DNA of 64,000 nucleotides from Sphagnum compactum (lineage: Eukaryota): positions 25,472,213 to 25,536,212 of the forward strand of contig OZ234493.1 in NCBI GenBank assembly GCA_965153455.1, in the 5' to 3' direction. Position 1 is the first letter of the stretch; each line of letters starts with the position of its first letter. Below the pieces are notes generated by a model. It was given only the letters and a program-made list of their open reading frames with translations. It made no database searches and was not told the DNA's origin. Shown one piece after another: positions 12,532-30,291 of the stretch. A program made the position numbers and the translations under genes.

Positions 12532-12749
12532 GAGTTGTGCTCAACATTACTGGCAAGTTTTTGTTATTGAGTAAGACTTACTTGCCTCAACAAGACAATT
12601 TGTGAGTTGTGCTCAACATTACTGGCAAGTTTTTGTTAGTGAGTAAGACTTACTTGCCTCAATGAGACAATTTGTGAGTTGTGCTCAACATTACTGGCAA
12701 GTTTTTGTTATTGAGTAAGACTTACTTGCATCAATGAGACAATTTGTGA
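12532..12749. repeat. 72-bp tandem repeat x3
   Basis: gagttgtgctcaacattactggcaagtttttgttattgagtaagacttacttgcctcaa..agacaatttgt starts at 12532, 12604 and 12676; copies near identical. Confidence 0.95.
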
Positions 12750-15700
12750 AGTCTATATATGTTCTTTCAAAACATTCCACTCTAGTGGCCCGTGTATTTT
12801 GTTGACATCCCTTTCCAATTCCTTTTTTTTTTAATGACCTTAAGACACCCTATTTGAGACTATAGCTATTGATGCAACTGAATGGTCCTCCCCTGTTCTC
12901 CCATTTAGTTTGCAATTCACAAATTCATCACCTCTTAATTCATAGCTTGTCCCTATACCTAGGATCTGCTTTAATCCTTCTATTGTATGCATACCAAAAA
13001 CACTCAAATATCTGCATTTTGACACAAATAATGTTACTTAAATTCATCCATTGAATGAAGTGCATCCACTTGGAGCTTGATGTAAATAGACCTACACATC
13101 TTCCATTTTCTAGACATTGTTGAAATATACCATTATAAGGACTTACGTAAATCAAATGAAGATGTCTACATAAAATCAATCCCCAACTTGAGCCACAAGC
13201 CCTAGTCCATCCCTTTGGTTCAGGGTCATGTTCTTCAAGGCATGCTTTCTCTCTATAACGGTGAAATGGCAGACTGCTCAATGGCATGTTTAGGTACTTC
13301 ATAAACCCACTAGGTAGTCTTGTATAGTTCACCCATTTGAGGGCGACGTACTAATGTTTAGTTATTTTCATGCCCAACTCCTGTTCAGGCTCATCTGATT
13401 TCCTTCATTATGTCAAAAGAAAGCATACCGTTAATGTCCTGAAACTGTACCATTACACCCTGTGAACTGAGGGCCAAATAAGAAGTCTGGGTTGTAATGC
13501 CCTCAGGCCCTCTCTCTAATATGCTGGGAAATGTAATTTCCTGCATAATTCACTTTCGGCTGACTTCCAGGCAACATAGATGGATTCAAGCTTGTCAAGT
13601 ACAAAAACAAAAGGATTTAAAAGCACTATCATCAATAGCAGAAACAGTGAAGCATGCAATACCAAAAGATTTGAACCCAACTCCAAATTGCAAGCAGAAC
13701 ATCAGTTATAAATATTGGTATTCATTCAGTAACATTATTGTACAAGCAAGCCGTTATTTGATTTTTTTAACAACCTTCAATTCCACCAGTTTGAAATTTT
13801 AGATATCAAAGAACCTCTGGTTCCAGTTCTTTGAAAATTAAAGAAGCTCCAGTCCCAGTTTTTTTTAACCCCTCTCAAAGAACTGACAGTTTTTGTTAAA
13901 TACCTGGCAACTATACAGAAGGTCATTTGACTGGTTCTTTGATTCAGAACTAGAATTATACATCAGAACAAATTCTTCGACTCTAAGATTTGTGATGGAC
14001 TCAATACCTCAACATCACAAAAAAGGAGCAACAAGGGCTTGGGAAAAAAGCTGCAAGGGCTTACCAAAAGTTGGGAACATGAAACACTGTGGTAAGAACA
14101 AACACCATCTTCTCCACCCACACTGCAACTGCAACTTGCAAGACACTGAGTTTCTGTCAAATATGCAGGGTTCCATGGTAGTTGGAGGTCTGCTAAATCA
14201 AATCACTAATGGCATGATTATAACATGATCAACTAGATACTTGGGCAGTAAAACTGTAACCCAACCCACTAAAATAGTATTACACATGGAGGCTATAGTC
14301 AAGTGATATACTGCAAGATGAGCTGCTGAAGGACTCTTCAGGGCTTGCAACAGAAGAATCACTTTCCACCATCAGTTGTTGGCCTATATTACTTGGACAT
14401 GAAAACCCATCATTGACATTCACAGCTTTAGGACATATTAGGTTTGCAAGACTGGTATAAATGCTTACAATAAGTGCCATCCAGAGGCTTACACTCATGG
14501 GAAAATCTGAAAACATTGTTAAGCAGGGGGCAGAGCACAAGCTTATATATTAGTACTTACCTCACTGGTCAGATGAAGTTAGGCAGTAGAACATCAGGTA
14601 GAGACTGGGCTCAGCTGCATAGCAAGCCAAAATCCACAGCTCCATGTAACATCACACCAAACCTGCAGTCTAACTGATTTCCACACCACCTCTTCAACAA
14701 TATGCTGAGCAAGAACAAACCTCACATCCTTCTTCCACAGATTTAAGACACTCCATATTGTGAGCCAGGCAAGAACTAAGATCACAATTAGGCAGAAGAA
14801 TTCATAGTCAAGGTCTTCAATTTGATGCTAGTAAATCATTTCCTGCTCTACATGGAAGCAGACCAAAACAGGCCAGGCTGATATAATCTAGGATCCATGA
14901 ATAGGACATAGCTTTGGACCACAGATGCCAGCATACAGTTCTTTATCCACCAGGTTACAAAAGAGTATCAGTGGAAATTAACCTCCAAGCCAGAGAGTTG
15001 ATCTAATCTTGTCAAGGCAACGCAAGAATCAGAACTGTCACACATATCTATGAGATTGCAGAGAAAACTCCATAACTATTTGAAAATGTAACACAACAAA
15101 AACATGTCACAAAGCATCAGACCATCACCTTCATGAATAGCAGTTATGAGCTACCATGACTCCTGACTGACTTCATTAGTGGCCAACAGTTTTGAGCAGA
15201 TAATAATCCACACAAAATTACAGGCAAGCCAATGCATCCTAAGATTCAATTGCAGTTCCATAAGTAAGGCAGAAGACTCAGTCATTGTGTTGGCTGGCAC
15301 TTGACAGGCATAGCTAATCACAAAAGTCAATAAGTCCTCATTCAAGCTGCAGCAAGCTTGAAAGAGTTATTCATGTTCTTCTAGCATGTCCCTGTACAAG
15401 CAAAGCATCCAAGCCCTAGGCATAGTCAGGGTAGTAGTTGGGGGGCCCTGTGTAACCTCAACATGTCCTTCAACAACACTTTTGAAGGTAACATGATAAA
15501 CAGCCAAATCAGAATTCCACAATGAAACAAGGTTTTGTATGGGAACAATTTTGGGCACTACATTCAGCATAATACATGAAATAGAATCACTGTATCACCT
15601 TTGACACACCAGTTCACTTGCAAATCCCAGAAATAACTAGCAGGCTCACTACAAGTTGGAAGAGAGAACCACATAAGAGCACCTTTCTCCACCCCAGCTG

Positions 15701-16904
15701 CATATACTGTAGTGGCAACCCCAGAATTGACTCCAGACTCCCCATCCAGACTGCCCATCGATAAATACACAGCTCCAGACCCTAACCTAAACAGGAGGTC
15801 TAGAAGTATAGCAAATGACTCAACTAGCTCAGCCATTGTAAATACCAGGTCAGATCATCAAACCTTGATAACATGCTATGAAGGTCCACAACAGCAATTA
15901 AAATTAGTATACCTGCTTAGTACTGCTATCTGCACAGAATGCTTGAGAGTGAAAACTGCAATTGCAAACTCATCTAAATGTGATTCCACTCATCTCAAAT
16001 GCACAAATCCACAGACCACATACAGCTCCATCCATTGTGCCCACTCTTTCAAAGTCCAGGAGGAGCTAGAATTCCTCCTAGAAATGCCACCCTGCACACG
16101 GCCAGGGCACCCAGACATGAGCAGTCGCTAACCTCTCTTGATCAGCACAGCCTAGTTTGCATCCTCTGCACTTGTTCTTAGCAAATCAAATGACCCTGCT
16201 AGAAATCATTTGAACCAGTATTCTAAAAATAGAGACTGAATTCCAAAACAAATGAACCTCAATAAACAATTAGCCCATGAGCATAACAGTATGTTTTGCA
16301 CACAAAAACCCAGTACATGAATTACCAAAAGGGAGACTCCAGCTCAAAATACCCAGGCTTTGCAGGAACTAACAAGAACCCAAACTGCCTGGCTGAAACT
16401 ATATGATTCCATTCTCCTAGCAACATTGTGTTCCATAGGCATAATAAGTTCCATAAGCATAATAACTACGTCTTAAAACTGCCATTGAGATCGAAATGTT
16501 TTGAGCACTAATCTAGCTGAGGACTAACTGGGAAAAAAAAGGAGATAATTACCCCCTTCTCCTCCCTTACCTCCATTCTCACCTATTCATTGAGAAAGAT
16601 CCACCTCAAGTACTTCTACAGGAAGCTTCAACTACGGACTTGCCTTTCTTGCTAGGCAATGGACATTACAATAGACATACCCAGTTATACTAAAAAAGCA
16701 CATAATAAAAACCAAAAATACAACTTTCAAAAGGCTTCTTCTCTGAAAGGACAAAAGGCAGTGTGCCAGAAAAGAACACAAAGGGTTGATTTATCCATCA
16801 ACCAAATCTCCATCTGGACTGTGTCCCAGATAGAGCCCTACAATTCGTGTAAATAAGGACAAGCAACAAACAAGCCCACCCTTCAACCACAAAACTGGCC
16901 TAAA

Positions 16905-21257
<4,353 letters not shown>

Positions 21258-22069
21258 CAAACCCTTAGCGCAACCACCACACACTTTTGACCGAACTCTT
21301 TGTTCACAGGCAGTCCGTCGCAATCGAAGTTGTGTGTGCCGACCTCAATGAAGAAGAGTCCACGGATTCCCCTTTCTCCTCTACAACCGCAAAATTTACA
21401 AAACTATTACTAGATGCAAATCAACTACTGTACAACAATGGCCCCACCCCCCCCCCCCCTCTCACACACACCTCCCCTCCTAAGCCTGAACTATGGCAGC
21501 CTCCCTTCACGCACATACACAAACAAAGAAACCCCCTTATTTACTAAAACGACCAAAAACCCGGTTTCTTCTTTTTCTGTTCTCCGCAGCTCTCCAGAAG
21601 TGTGGGTGAGAAAAGAGACAACAAACCCAGTTCAACCACCATGCGATCTAATATCCCCTTCCGTCCCACAACAACAACACCACGCACCTCGACATACGCT
21701 CCCCCACCTTCCTTTCTTTCCTTCTTTCACTCTCCCATCAACCCTATAAAGCTATTATCATAGATTCTTCTTTCTCCTCCTCCTTGTTCTTCTTCTCCTC
21801 TGCCGTTCCTCCAAACCTCCTCTCGAGGAAGATCCTCTAAGCTCTTGAACAGCCCGGCGACCCTGCCGCCGTGACTCTTGCGGACGGAAGGAAGAGAGCA
21901 ATCCTTTGTTGCGAGAGCCAATAATGGCGATGGCGATGGCGATCTAACAAACCCTCGCGACTTCGTCTCTTCTTTCTCCCTCTCTCTTTCTCTCTCTCTC
22001 TCTCTTCAACGCCGAATTGCGAGCACCGAATGTTTGCGCGCCATCGCGTCACATTACAGTTCAAAAAAC

Positions 22070-22395
22070 TGGCCTCGTGGATGAGACATCGACGTAAAAA
22101 TGAGCAGCTTGGATGCGAAATCGACCATAACACGGGCATAGTGGATGAGAAAAACATCGACTTCAAAATTGGCATCCATCGTCGATGAGACATGGACGTA
22201 GAACCTGGCATCATGGATGAGAGAGACCCCGACTTCAAAACTGGCATCGTGGATGAGAGAAACACCAACTTCAAAACTGGCATCGTGGATGAGAGACATT
22301 GACGAAGAAACTGGCAATGTGGATGAGACAGATCGATGTAGAAACTGTCATCATGGATGAGACACATCAACGTATGGTAGTAGATGAAGAATCCG
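22070..22395. repeat. ~34-40-bp degenerate minisatellite upstream of CK1
   Basis: About 8-9 recurrences of gtggatgaga...gacttcaaaactggcatc. Confidence 0.85.
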
Positions 22396-22796
22396 TGAAA
22401 TAAAAGTTCATCTACGACGGACGCAAGCAGAGGATTTATGTTTTCTCTGTATATTACAGCGACTAATACCTGGACTTCATGGATGAATGATTCAGTAGTC
22501 ACAAAGATTAGACACCATTACTATGACTGTGGTCGTTGGGAAAACATTTTTTATATAAATTATTATTTACTTATTTATTTATTATTTTGTTTCTCTTCTT
22601 GTGAAGTTTCGGATGTTTTGTCGGATTTAGTGCTCTGGAAGTGTACGGAATTTATTTTTTAATGGAAAAACATTTCGACCTTTCTATTTTTATTTTTCCT
22701 CGTTGTCTTTTTCTTTTCTTTTTCTTTCTTTTTCCTTACCAAACTTTAAAGTGATTTAGGAACTTTCTTTCAAGTTCCAGGATGGCTCCAAATTTC

Positions 22797-23115
22797 CGGG
22801 TTTTTTTTTTTTCAATTTTGTGATGTAGCCATAATGGCTGGCTGGCTGGCTGGCAATCATCCAGCAGAGGAATTAGCCAAATTCAGCAACAAGCCAAAGA
22901 GGAAAATCTTTTAAACAAAATAGAAAAAAACAAGAATTCTTGAACCTATATGTTGACAACCTCCTGGAACCTATTTCTAAATATGGCAATTTCAGAAATT
23001 ATTTGCTCAAAATCTGATGACTTTGGCCCATATTTTTAACAAGAATCCTCTCTATGACTCACACTATAATTTTTTTTGTCGCTAAATGGCAAAAATAAGC
23101 CAACAAAAAATCTTG
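22797..23115. mobile_element. Probable MITE / dispersed repeat
   Basis: Begins cgggtttttttt and ends aaaaaatcttg, resembling the CAGKGTTT-type termini of 11712-12059. TSD not resolved. Confidence 0.35.
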
Positions 23116-23819
23116 ACTCCGATGTCAGAATTATAGGGCTTTTGACTTCAAAATCCAATGCATAACTTACCTTGTGACACATCTTACCTTAACTGGGCTT
23201 CCTTGTTAAATGCTTGTTTAAGTTGACCAATTTTTTCTCTAGGTTAAAGCTACTAATGTGGGGGCCATTATCAAATGAAAGGGCCCATGATGACAAGTTG
23301 ATAGGTGAATCCAACCCAAAGAAGAAAAACCCTTTATGTAAAAATCAAGGATGGGAACCCATCTAACAAACATACAAGGCAAATGAAAACACAAGTAGAA
23401 AAGCCAAAGATTTAGTCAAAATGGACAAAGGTCCATCAAAATGGCCATGGCTTAATGAAATTCATCATCTTGATTTGACTATTAATGAAATTGACCATTA
23501 TGATTAAAAACTTAGTCAAATGGACCATACTCATTTGATAACTTAGCCTACTTGTTAAGCCTACACTACCTACTTAACCTAACATAACTAGTAAGTTAAA
23601 CTTGGCCTAAACTACCTTTCTAGCCTAGCATAATTAATAGGCTAATAGGTTATTTGTTAAGTAATAATCTAATTAGTAGCCTAGTTAGGTAGCCTAGCCT
23701 AAACCTATGTAGTAGGTTATGAAATGACAATCAACGATAGCAAAGAAGACCTAAGATGAAAGAGTCATCATTTGCCATAAATCAGCTAATGACAAAGATG
23801 CAGTAGCTATGATGTGTGG

Positions 23820-24630
23820 AAAAAATGAAGAACTTCAACCAAGTGCAACAACCCATTGAAAAATCACTACAACTTATGCACACTGCAGGGATATGGACAC
23901 GCACTATTAGTAGTAAACAACAAACATTGAGGGGACTCAAAAAGGCCACCACTGACGTGCAATAGTGGTTTATGCACAAGTAATCGAAAATGAATCAAAA
24001 CAAAAATAAAGACACCCATATGTCTCAATAGCTAGGGGAATAAAGGCATCACTTGGTGTTTGTTCAACGTACTATAATTGTGTCTTTTCCAAAATAACCA
24101 TCATCATTACATGTGCTATCGTCGTTAATGTTTATTACACCATATTTATGCAAGTTGAATTAGCAATGACAATGTCCATCAAGGTTCGAAAGCCATATCT
24201 ACTGATAAAAATATCACTTGTTGTTGTTAGATGTGGTGAGGGACAACGTGAGAGATTTTCTTTTAAAATGTGCTCCACTCTTTAAAATAATAATTGCGAC
24301 AATATTCCAAAGTGTATCGTGGGCAGTACATTCACTCCTGTAGGGGCATTGAAGCAAATGGGTACCTAAATCATCAATGGTATGATCACACTAACACCGT
24401 GAAAGATAGGCCATCATAGGATGTGCAAGCCAAGACAAGTACGGAATGTTGTAAGGAAGTGGGTTAAAGATAGATGAAAGCCGTTGTGGTAGGACAAGTT
24501 AATAATCAAGTGCCTACCCCTGGACCCGCACATGAATGGCAACATGCTCACATGATATCTAAAGGAACATCTACTAGAAGCGAAAGTAAACTTCTGCTCG
24601 TGTAAACAATCCACCAAAAGAACCTACAAC
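23820..24630 (-). pseudogene. Degenerate 3' portion of a CRE-like (restriction-like endonuclease) non-LTR retrotransposon
   Basis: Manual minus-strand translation across stops and frameshifts: SCAGPGVGT*L...FLTTFRTCLGL..C*CDHTIDDLGTHLLQC (CCHC knuckle)..TAHDTL..DIFISRYGFRTLMDIVIA..EKTQ..Y..FIPLAIETYGCL..CVSISLQCA. This is the RHD / PD..D / E-K / ETxG / S-x-x-LQR order of RLE retroelements. Confidence 0.7.
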
Positions 24631-25689
24631 TAGGAATAAAATTAGTGTGTACCTTTCACAACCACAACAACACCCAAAAATCCATGGGTAAAACTCACAC
24701 ACACACACAAACACACAATGTTGTTTCTCCTACTTAATTGTTTTTTTATTTCCTCTTATTAATAACTTTCTATCATAATAAAATTATGTTGCACATGCTC
24801 CAATGATCGACAAGGAAAGAAGGGCTTTCTCTCCCAAAACTCAAAACCTTAACAATAATTACCCCTTAACTAGTATTTACTTCTAGTCTAGAACTACCAT
24901 GGAAAAATAGCTCTTAGACTCACTCTCTATTTCCACCCAAATCCCAAAGGTCTCTCCACACCCAAAATTCAACAACACCAAGAACAACTTCTAGGGTTGA
25001 ACTAAGACAATAGCACCCTAGATTGGTACTACTTAACTAAAAGCAAGGGGGGGACTTGGGTTAGGGATGTTTCTATGCTCTACGTTATCAACGTTGCAAA
25101 CCTAGCGACAACCAGTGCACATCCTAGCACATCTGTGTTGTTGCACACCTCCACATCTTTGCTACAACCATAACTACAACCCAAAGCACTCTAAGAATGT
25201 CCCTTAACAATTGAGTTTTTCCCATCTTAAAACATAAGGCAGAGGTTATCCAAAACCCAAACAATGCATGTGAGGGGATTTTATTGCCTATTCCTTAGAA
25301 TCTAAAGGATCTGACAATTTGTGACCCTTAGCGGTAAGTAGCGTCTTAACATCCAACTAATCATTAACAAAATGTCACATGGCATTATATAGTTATTATT
25401 TTATATTAGTGTTTGTTGGCATAAAAGGTGCATTTGCATCATGACCTAATGTTAGGGTTTATAGTAAAATGTCCTTAACTTTAATAATCATTAATCACAC
25501 ATGGAATCATGTGTTAAAAACCATCCATAGCTTTTGAAAATGTAATTTTTTTCATATTTGTTGCTACAAATCACAAATATGATTAATCAATATTTTAAAG
25601 GTTATGTTTAAAGAATTAGGGGATTAGGTGAAGTCACAAAATATAACCTAGTTTTCCATATTCTTACTCCCAAAATACAAAGATGATTG

Positions 25690-26440
25690 ACATGGGTAAT
25701 GAACATTCGGATGTTGATATCTTTTTTAGAATTACTAACAAATTAACACCAATGTTGGTGAAAAAAGACACAAAGTATCAAAACACCATCCTATGGAAAT
25801 TCATGTGTCTTGTTTTATTACAAACCTACACATGCATGCAATTTTTTCATTTGTAACAAATTATTCACAATTGGGAAGTTTAATGTATCCAAATGGTCCT
25901 ACATAAATTTGTTCTTATTGTGAATGCATGTTTCAAGAAATTGATTTCATAACGAATGGAACCAAAAATGCACAATGTCATGGATAATTTCAAGCAATGG
26001 CACAAGTTGCCTAACATACAAGGTACCATCGATTATGCCCATGTTTTGGGTTGCAAACCTTTCATCCTTTTCCCAAAAGATCTTATTATTATCATAATTA
26101 TGGGAGATGTTTCATTATTGTTTGGGTGGAGTATAATAACAAATTCCTTGATATTCTCATTGGTTTGCTAAAAAATGTGATAGAATTTTACATAGGTTTA
26201 GATTGAATTGACAAGCTCAATATCACAAATTGTTTGATGTGAACAAAGGATGTGGAAACAATAGTCCTTGCTTACATGGGGACAAAAGGTATATCTTTAT
26301 CAATTTGACCATGACTCCAAAACAACACCATACAAATTTAGAATTGTTCTATAACAAAAAACACGATGGAATTATTTCATGGTTGGAAATGTTTTTGGCA
26401 TTTTCAAACAAAAACTTTAAAGGAATAAGTATTGCATAAC
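25690..26440 (+). pseudogene. PIF/Harbinger (HARBI1-like, DDE_Tnp_4) nuclease relic
   Basis: LTPMLVKKDTKYQNTI..LFTIGKFNVS, FKQWHKLPNIQGTIDYAHV (cf. GAIDGTHI), CLHGDKRY (cf. LLGDKGY); multiple frameshifts. Confidence 0.7.
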
Positions 26441-27899
26441 TCTCGTGAAAATCAACCAACAATCAACATCAATCAAAATGATATAACAATCCAACAAGTC
26501 CAAGAAGGTGTGTGTGTGTGTGTTTGAAAGGAATTCACCATTTACCTTGGCAAATAAAAGACTTTTACATGAAATTAATAATATATCAACCCTTCAAGCT
26601 TATTTGGTATCATCCTTCAAAATATTGTAAATTTATTATCATTTGCAATGCCATCATGCTTAAGAACTTAGATGAAACGTTAATGTTGTCATCATTGTAG
26701 GTTGCCCATGAAAAGGCCGTGGTCATCAACTCCATCATATTAGTAAGAGTTTACACAAAGAAAATATAATGAAATGACCCACTACACTTGAATATCTAAG
26801 TGTTAATTGATATGTTTTTAAATGATACAATGTTTGTACATTAAAAATGTTTGTACTCATGCAACAGTGTTTTGAATATATTATGAAAATTTATGAAAAA
26901 GTTTCAATGAATCTAAAATATTCAAAAGCATTTTCAAAAGATTATAATCAATCATTTTAATAAGTAATAATTGGACTCTTAAAAAGACTTGACAATATTT
27001 GAAAACAACATATCTTTCAGAAATTTTTAATATCAAACTTAACATAATCAAATAAAAACATTCGAGACTTTTTTATAAATCAAAAATGTTCCAAAACAAA
27101 CTCATCATAAAACAATTGACCATTGGTCATTTTATTGTATTTGCACCTTGCACTCCATTTGTTTCTTATTTTGGTTGAGGTTTTGGTTTCATTCTTTCAA
27201 ATATTCCATCTTAATGTTAACATGGTCTCATGGGAGTTAATCCATTTATATTCCATCAAAATCCGTTTTTCTCCCATCAACAAAATATTATTAACATGCA
27301 TGTGGTCATTAGACAATGAATTGTTTGTTTCCCTTTTCTATAACTTTGGCCATGATCTTATATGTTGAAAAATATTTTCTCTAACCCTTTAAAGTTTTTT
27401 GCAAATAAAAGAACTACTAGTCCTTTCTTGCAGCCTAGTTGTTGACAAAAAATTGGGGTTAGGGGATTAGCAACAAGGATCTACAGAAGGATAGTGTAAG
27501 GGATTTCATTAAATTAATAGTTGAGGTCTACAAAAGCATGGAGGCTTATGTAAAACTAACTTGTGAGATTAAAAAGAATATTGTTTGGGCTTATTCATAC
27601 AACCAAGTTTCATTACTACTAGCAAAACAAACCTTGTTTGTTGGATTCAATTTGTTAGACTTCCTTCTTAACTTTATATTTACAAATTCATGATTGATCT
27701 CAATGGGTTCTTATGAGGTATGGCCAACTAGTTTGTAAAATTTGTCTTTAACATCCATTAGGTCTTTAAATATATGTGTGGAGGTTGCAAAATGGTTCCA
27801 ATACTTGGAACTTTGTACTCATATCAACCAACCCATGTCTCAAGCTACAAAAAAAATGGACATGGAATCTATCATGAATGTTCATGGTCCAATAATGAT

Positions 27900-30291
27900 G
27901 ATTATGTTCCACGCATGCCTTGTAATCATATATCTTTTTGAAATCACTAATAATAAAATGTTGGAGAGTTTACAACAATTTGATTTTGGATCGGCCATGC
28001 ATTATATAAAAGGCAAGGAAAATTTTCTAGCCAATGTGTTATTTCATTGGCCGTTGGCCAATGCCATTTACATGGTAAGAAATACCATGATAGAGGACAT
28101 AAAAAAATATTATGTCCAAGATGAATGGTTTAAAAAACATCATGAAAGCCTTCAAAAAAATGGTAGAACCCATGAAGAAATCCAAAATATATGGCTTATA
28201 TTTCAAACAATGATAAATTGTATTATGACACCAAGGTATGTATCCTTAACTTTGAAGATTTTGCGTCTACATCCTTTATAATTACCATAACATTCTCATT
28301 GTAGGCCATCCAAGGATTTAAAAACTTTATGGTTGTGAAGAAAAAAAAAATTGGCTTGGCATGAAAAAGGATATACATGATTATGTTGGAAAATGTTACG
28401 TGTCAAGTATCCAAAGTTGAAAAAGTAATTAAAACTTTAAGGTTATTACAACCTTTAAAAGTTCCCAATAATAAATGGGAGTCCATAAGGTGAATGCATG
28501 ATTAAATGTCTCAATATTAATAGAAATTACACTCCTTATAAGTTCATATAACATTTTCTAAAATGATCCAAATGGACATGGTTGTTATTTTTCAAATTTT
28601 TTATTATTTTAATATTTGAATAATACATGTTCAATCACCTACAAACCTTTATAAATACATATGAAAAAATGTATTTAATGTAACTGATGTCATTTTTTAA
28701 TTTGGAAGTTTTGAAAAAAAAGCCCACAAAGTTTAGATGAATAATGCCCCATGTAAAGCTTTCAAAAAATATGTTCTTGGGATAATTTTTTTGAAAAACA
28801 AACAAAATTTGCAACTCATAGGGACTTATGAAAATATGATCATCAATCAAAAGTCCTTAATTATCAAACGGTTAAGGTTTTCAAATAAAATATTCTTCAG
28901 ATGAATTTATCATCTTCTAATACATCATACGTTGAATCCCAATAACAAAATTGAATTGTGAATCAATATAATTTTTTCCATTTTGTGATGGTCTAGTCAA
29001 ACGACCATTTTTTATTTTTCAACTTCAGAAGTCCATTACTACTAACAAATGAGTTTTTAACCAATAAATAACCACATAGTTTTGTTTCATAATGAAGTTG
29101 TTAGTTTAGATCCAAGTCTCTATTAATAAATCTAAGGATATATTAATCACCATATGCATTTGAACCAAAGGTGCCCTGGGAAAAAAATCCATACCGTCAC
29201 AATAATGAGACATTCAATCTTGCATTTACCCCGTAAGTATGGACTTATTATGGGGTTACCCAAAAACCAATGTGGGCATGACAACATTTGTGTGGTTGTA
29301 GATAGACTTACAAAACATGTGCAGTTCCTTATTACCAAATCCATTATGATGGCCATAGATGTGTCTAGATTAGTTTTACAAAAAAAAAATTAATTGCATG
29401 TGTTGCCTCAAAACATCAAATATGTGATTGGGATCGAAAAATTGTGAGCTAATTTCAGACTACTTTACTTAGAATGTTTGGCACTAGACTCAGAATGAAT
29501 AATGGTTATCATCTAAAAACAAATGCACAAATTATAAAAAAGATTAATTGTACCATAGAAGATATGTTGGCCCAACAAGGAACTTGTAGACAATGTTTAT
29601 ACTTGATGGAATTTGTATATTATGGGAGTTGTTATTTTTCCATTAAAACAAGTTCATTCCATGCCTTATACGGGCAAGAATGTTCAATTCATTTTTCCAT
29701 TTCAACACCTATTTTTAAGATAGAAGGTGTAAATGAAATGATTGCTAAAATGTAATACACTTTGAAATTGGTGAAGGAAAGTATGCAAAATGCCCAAGAA
29801 TGAGCCAACCTAAAGTTCTATTGATAAAAACCAAAGCCCTAGGAAATGTGAAATTAATGACAAAACGTTTTTGAAAGTCAAGCCTTTGAAAAGTGGTTTG
29901 AGATTGGGGAAATGCCCAAAATTGTCCCCTTAATATTGCGGCCCATTTGCCATACTCAAAAGAATAAGCAAAGTGGCCTATTAATTAGATACCCCAAAAG
30001 CATGGAAGACCCATGATGTCTTCCATGTTGACCTACTTTAAAAACGTGTTTGACCTTAGCCATCTATTGCTTAAAATACCAGAGACTTTGCATGAGGAAG
30101 ACACCATAGTTGAACTAGAAAAGACTTTAATCACAAGACTCCAACAACTCCAAAATAAACTTGGAAATATTTTTTTTAAAATGGAAAGATTATCCCATGC
30201 ATGAAACTACATGGGGAAAAAAAATGTTTTTAAGGCTAACTTCCTTGATTTTTGTCATTGAAAACAATTACCTATTTTAGGATGGGGAACA
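27900..30291 (+). mobile_element. Ty3/gypsy chromovirus pol relic (RNase H end, integrase, chromodomain, PPT), interrupted by a TIR element
   Basis: LQQFDF..HYIKGKENFLANVL; zinc-finger region H..GHP..MKKDIHDYVGKC; LLQPLKVPNNKWESI|SMD..IMGLPK..VVVDRLTKHVQF; GYHLKTN; GPF; HDVFHVDLL; KWKDYPMHETTW. Purine tract aggatggggaaca is followed by TGTTAG at 30292, a putative 3' LTR start. Confidence 0.85.
28489..29230. mobile_element. Non-autonomous TIR DNA transposon (~740 bp) inserted in the integrase coding sequence
   Basis: ~30-bp TIRs GGTGAATGCATGATTAAATGTCTCAATATT / AATAATGAGACATTCAATCTTGCATTTACC, flanks ccataa / ccgtaa. Removing it restores WESISMD. Confidence 0.85.
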
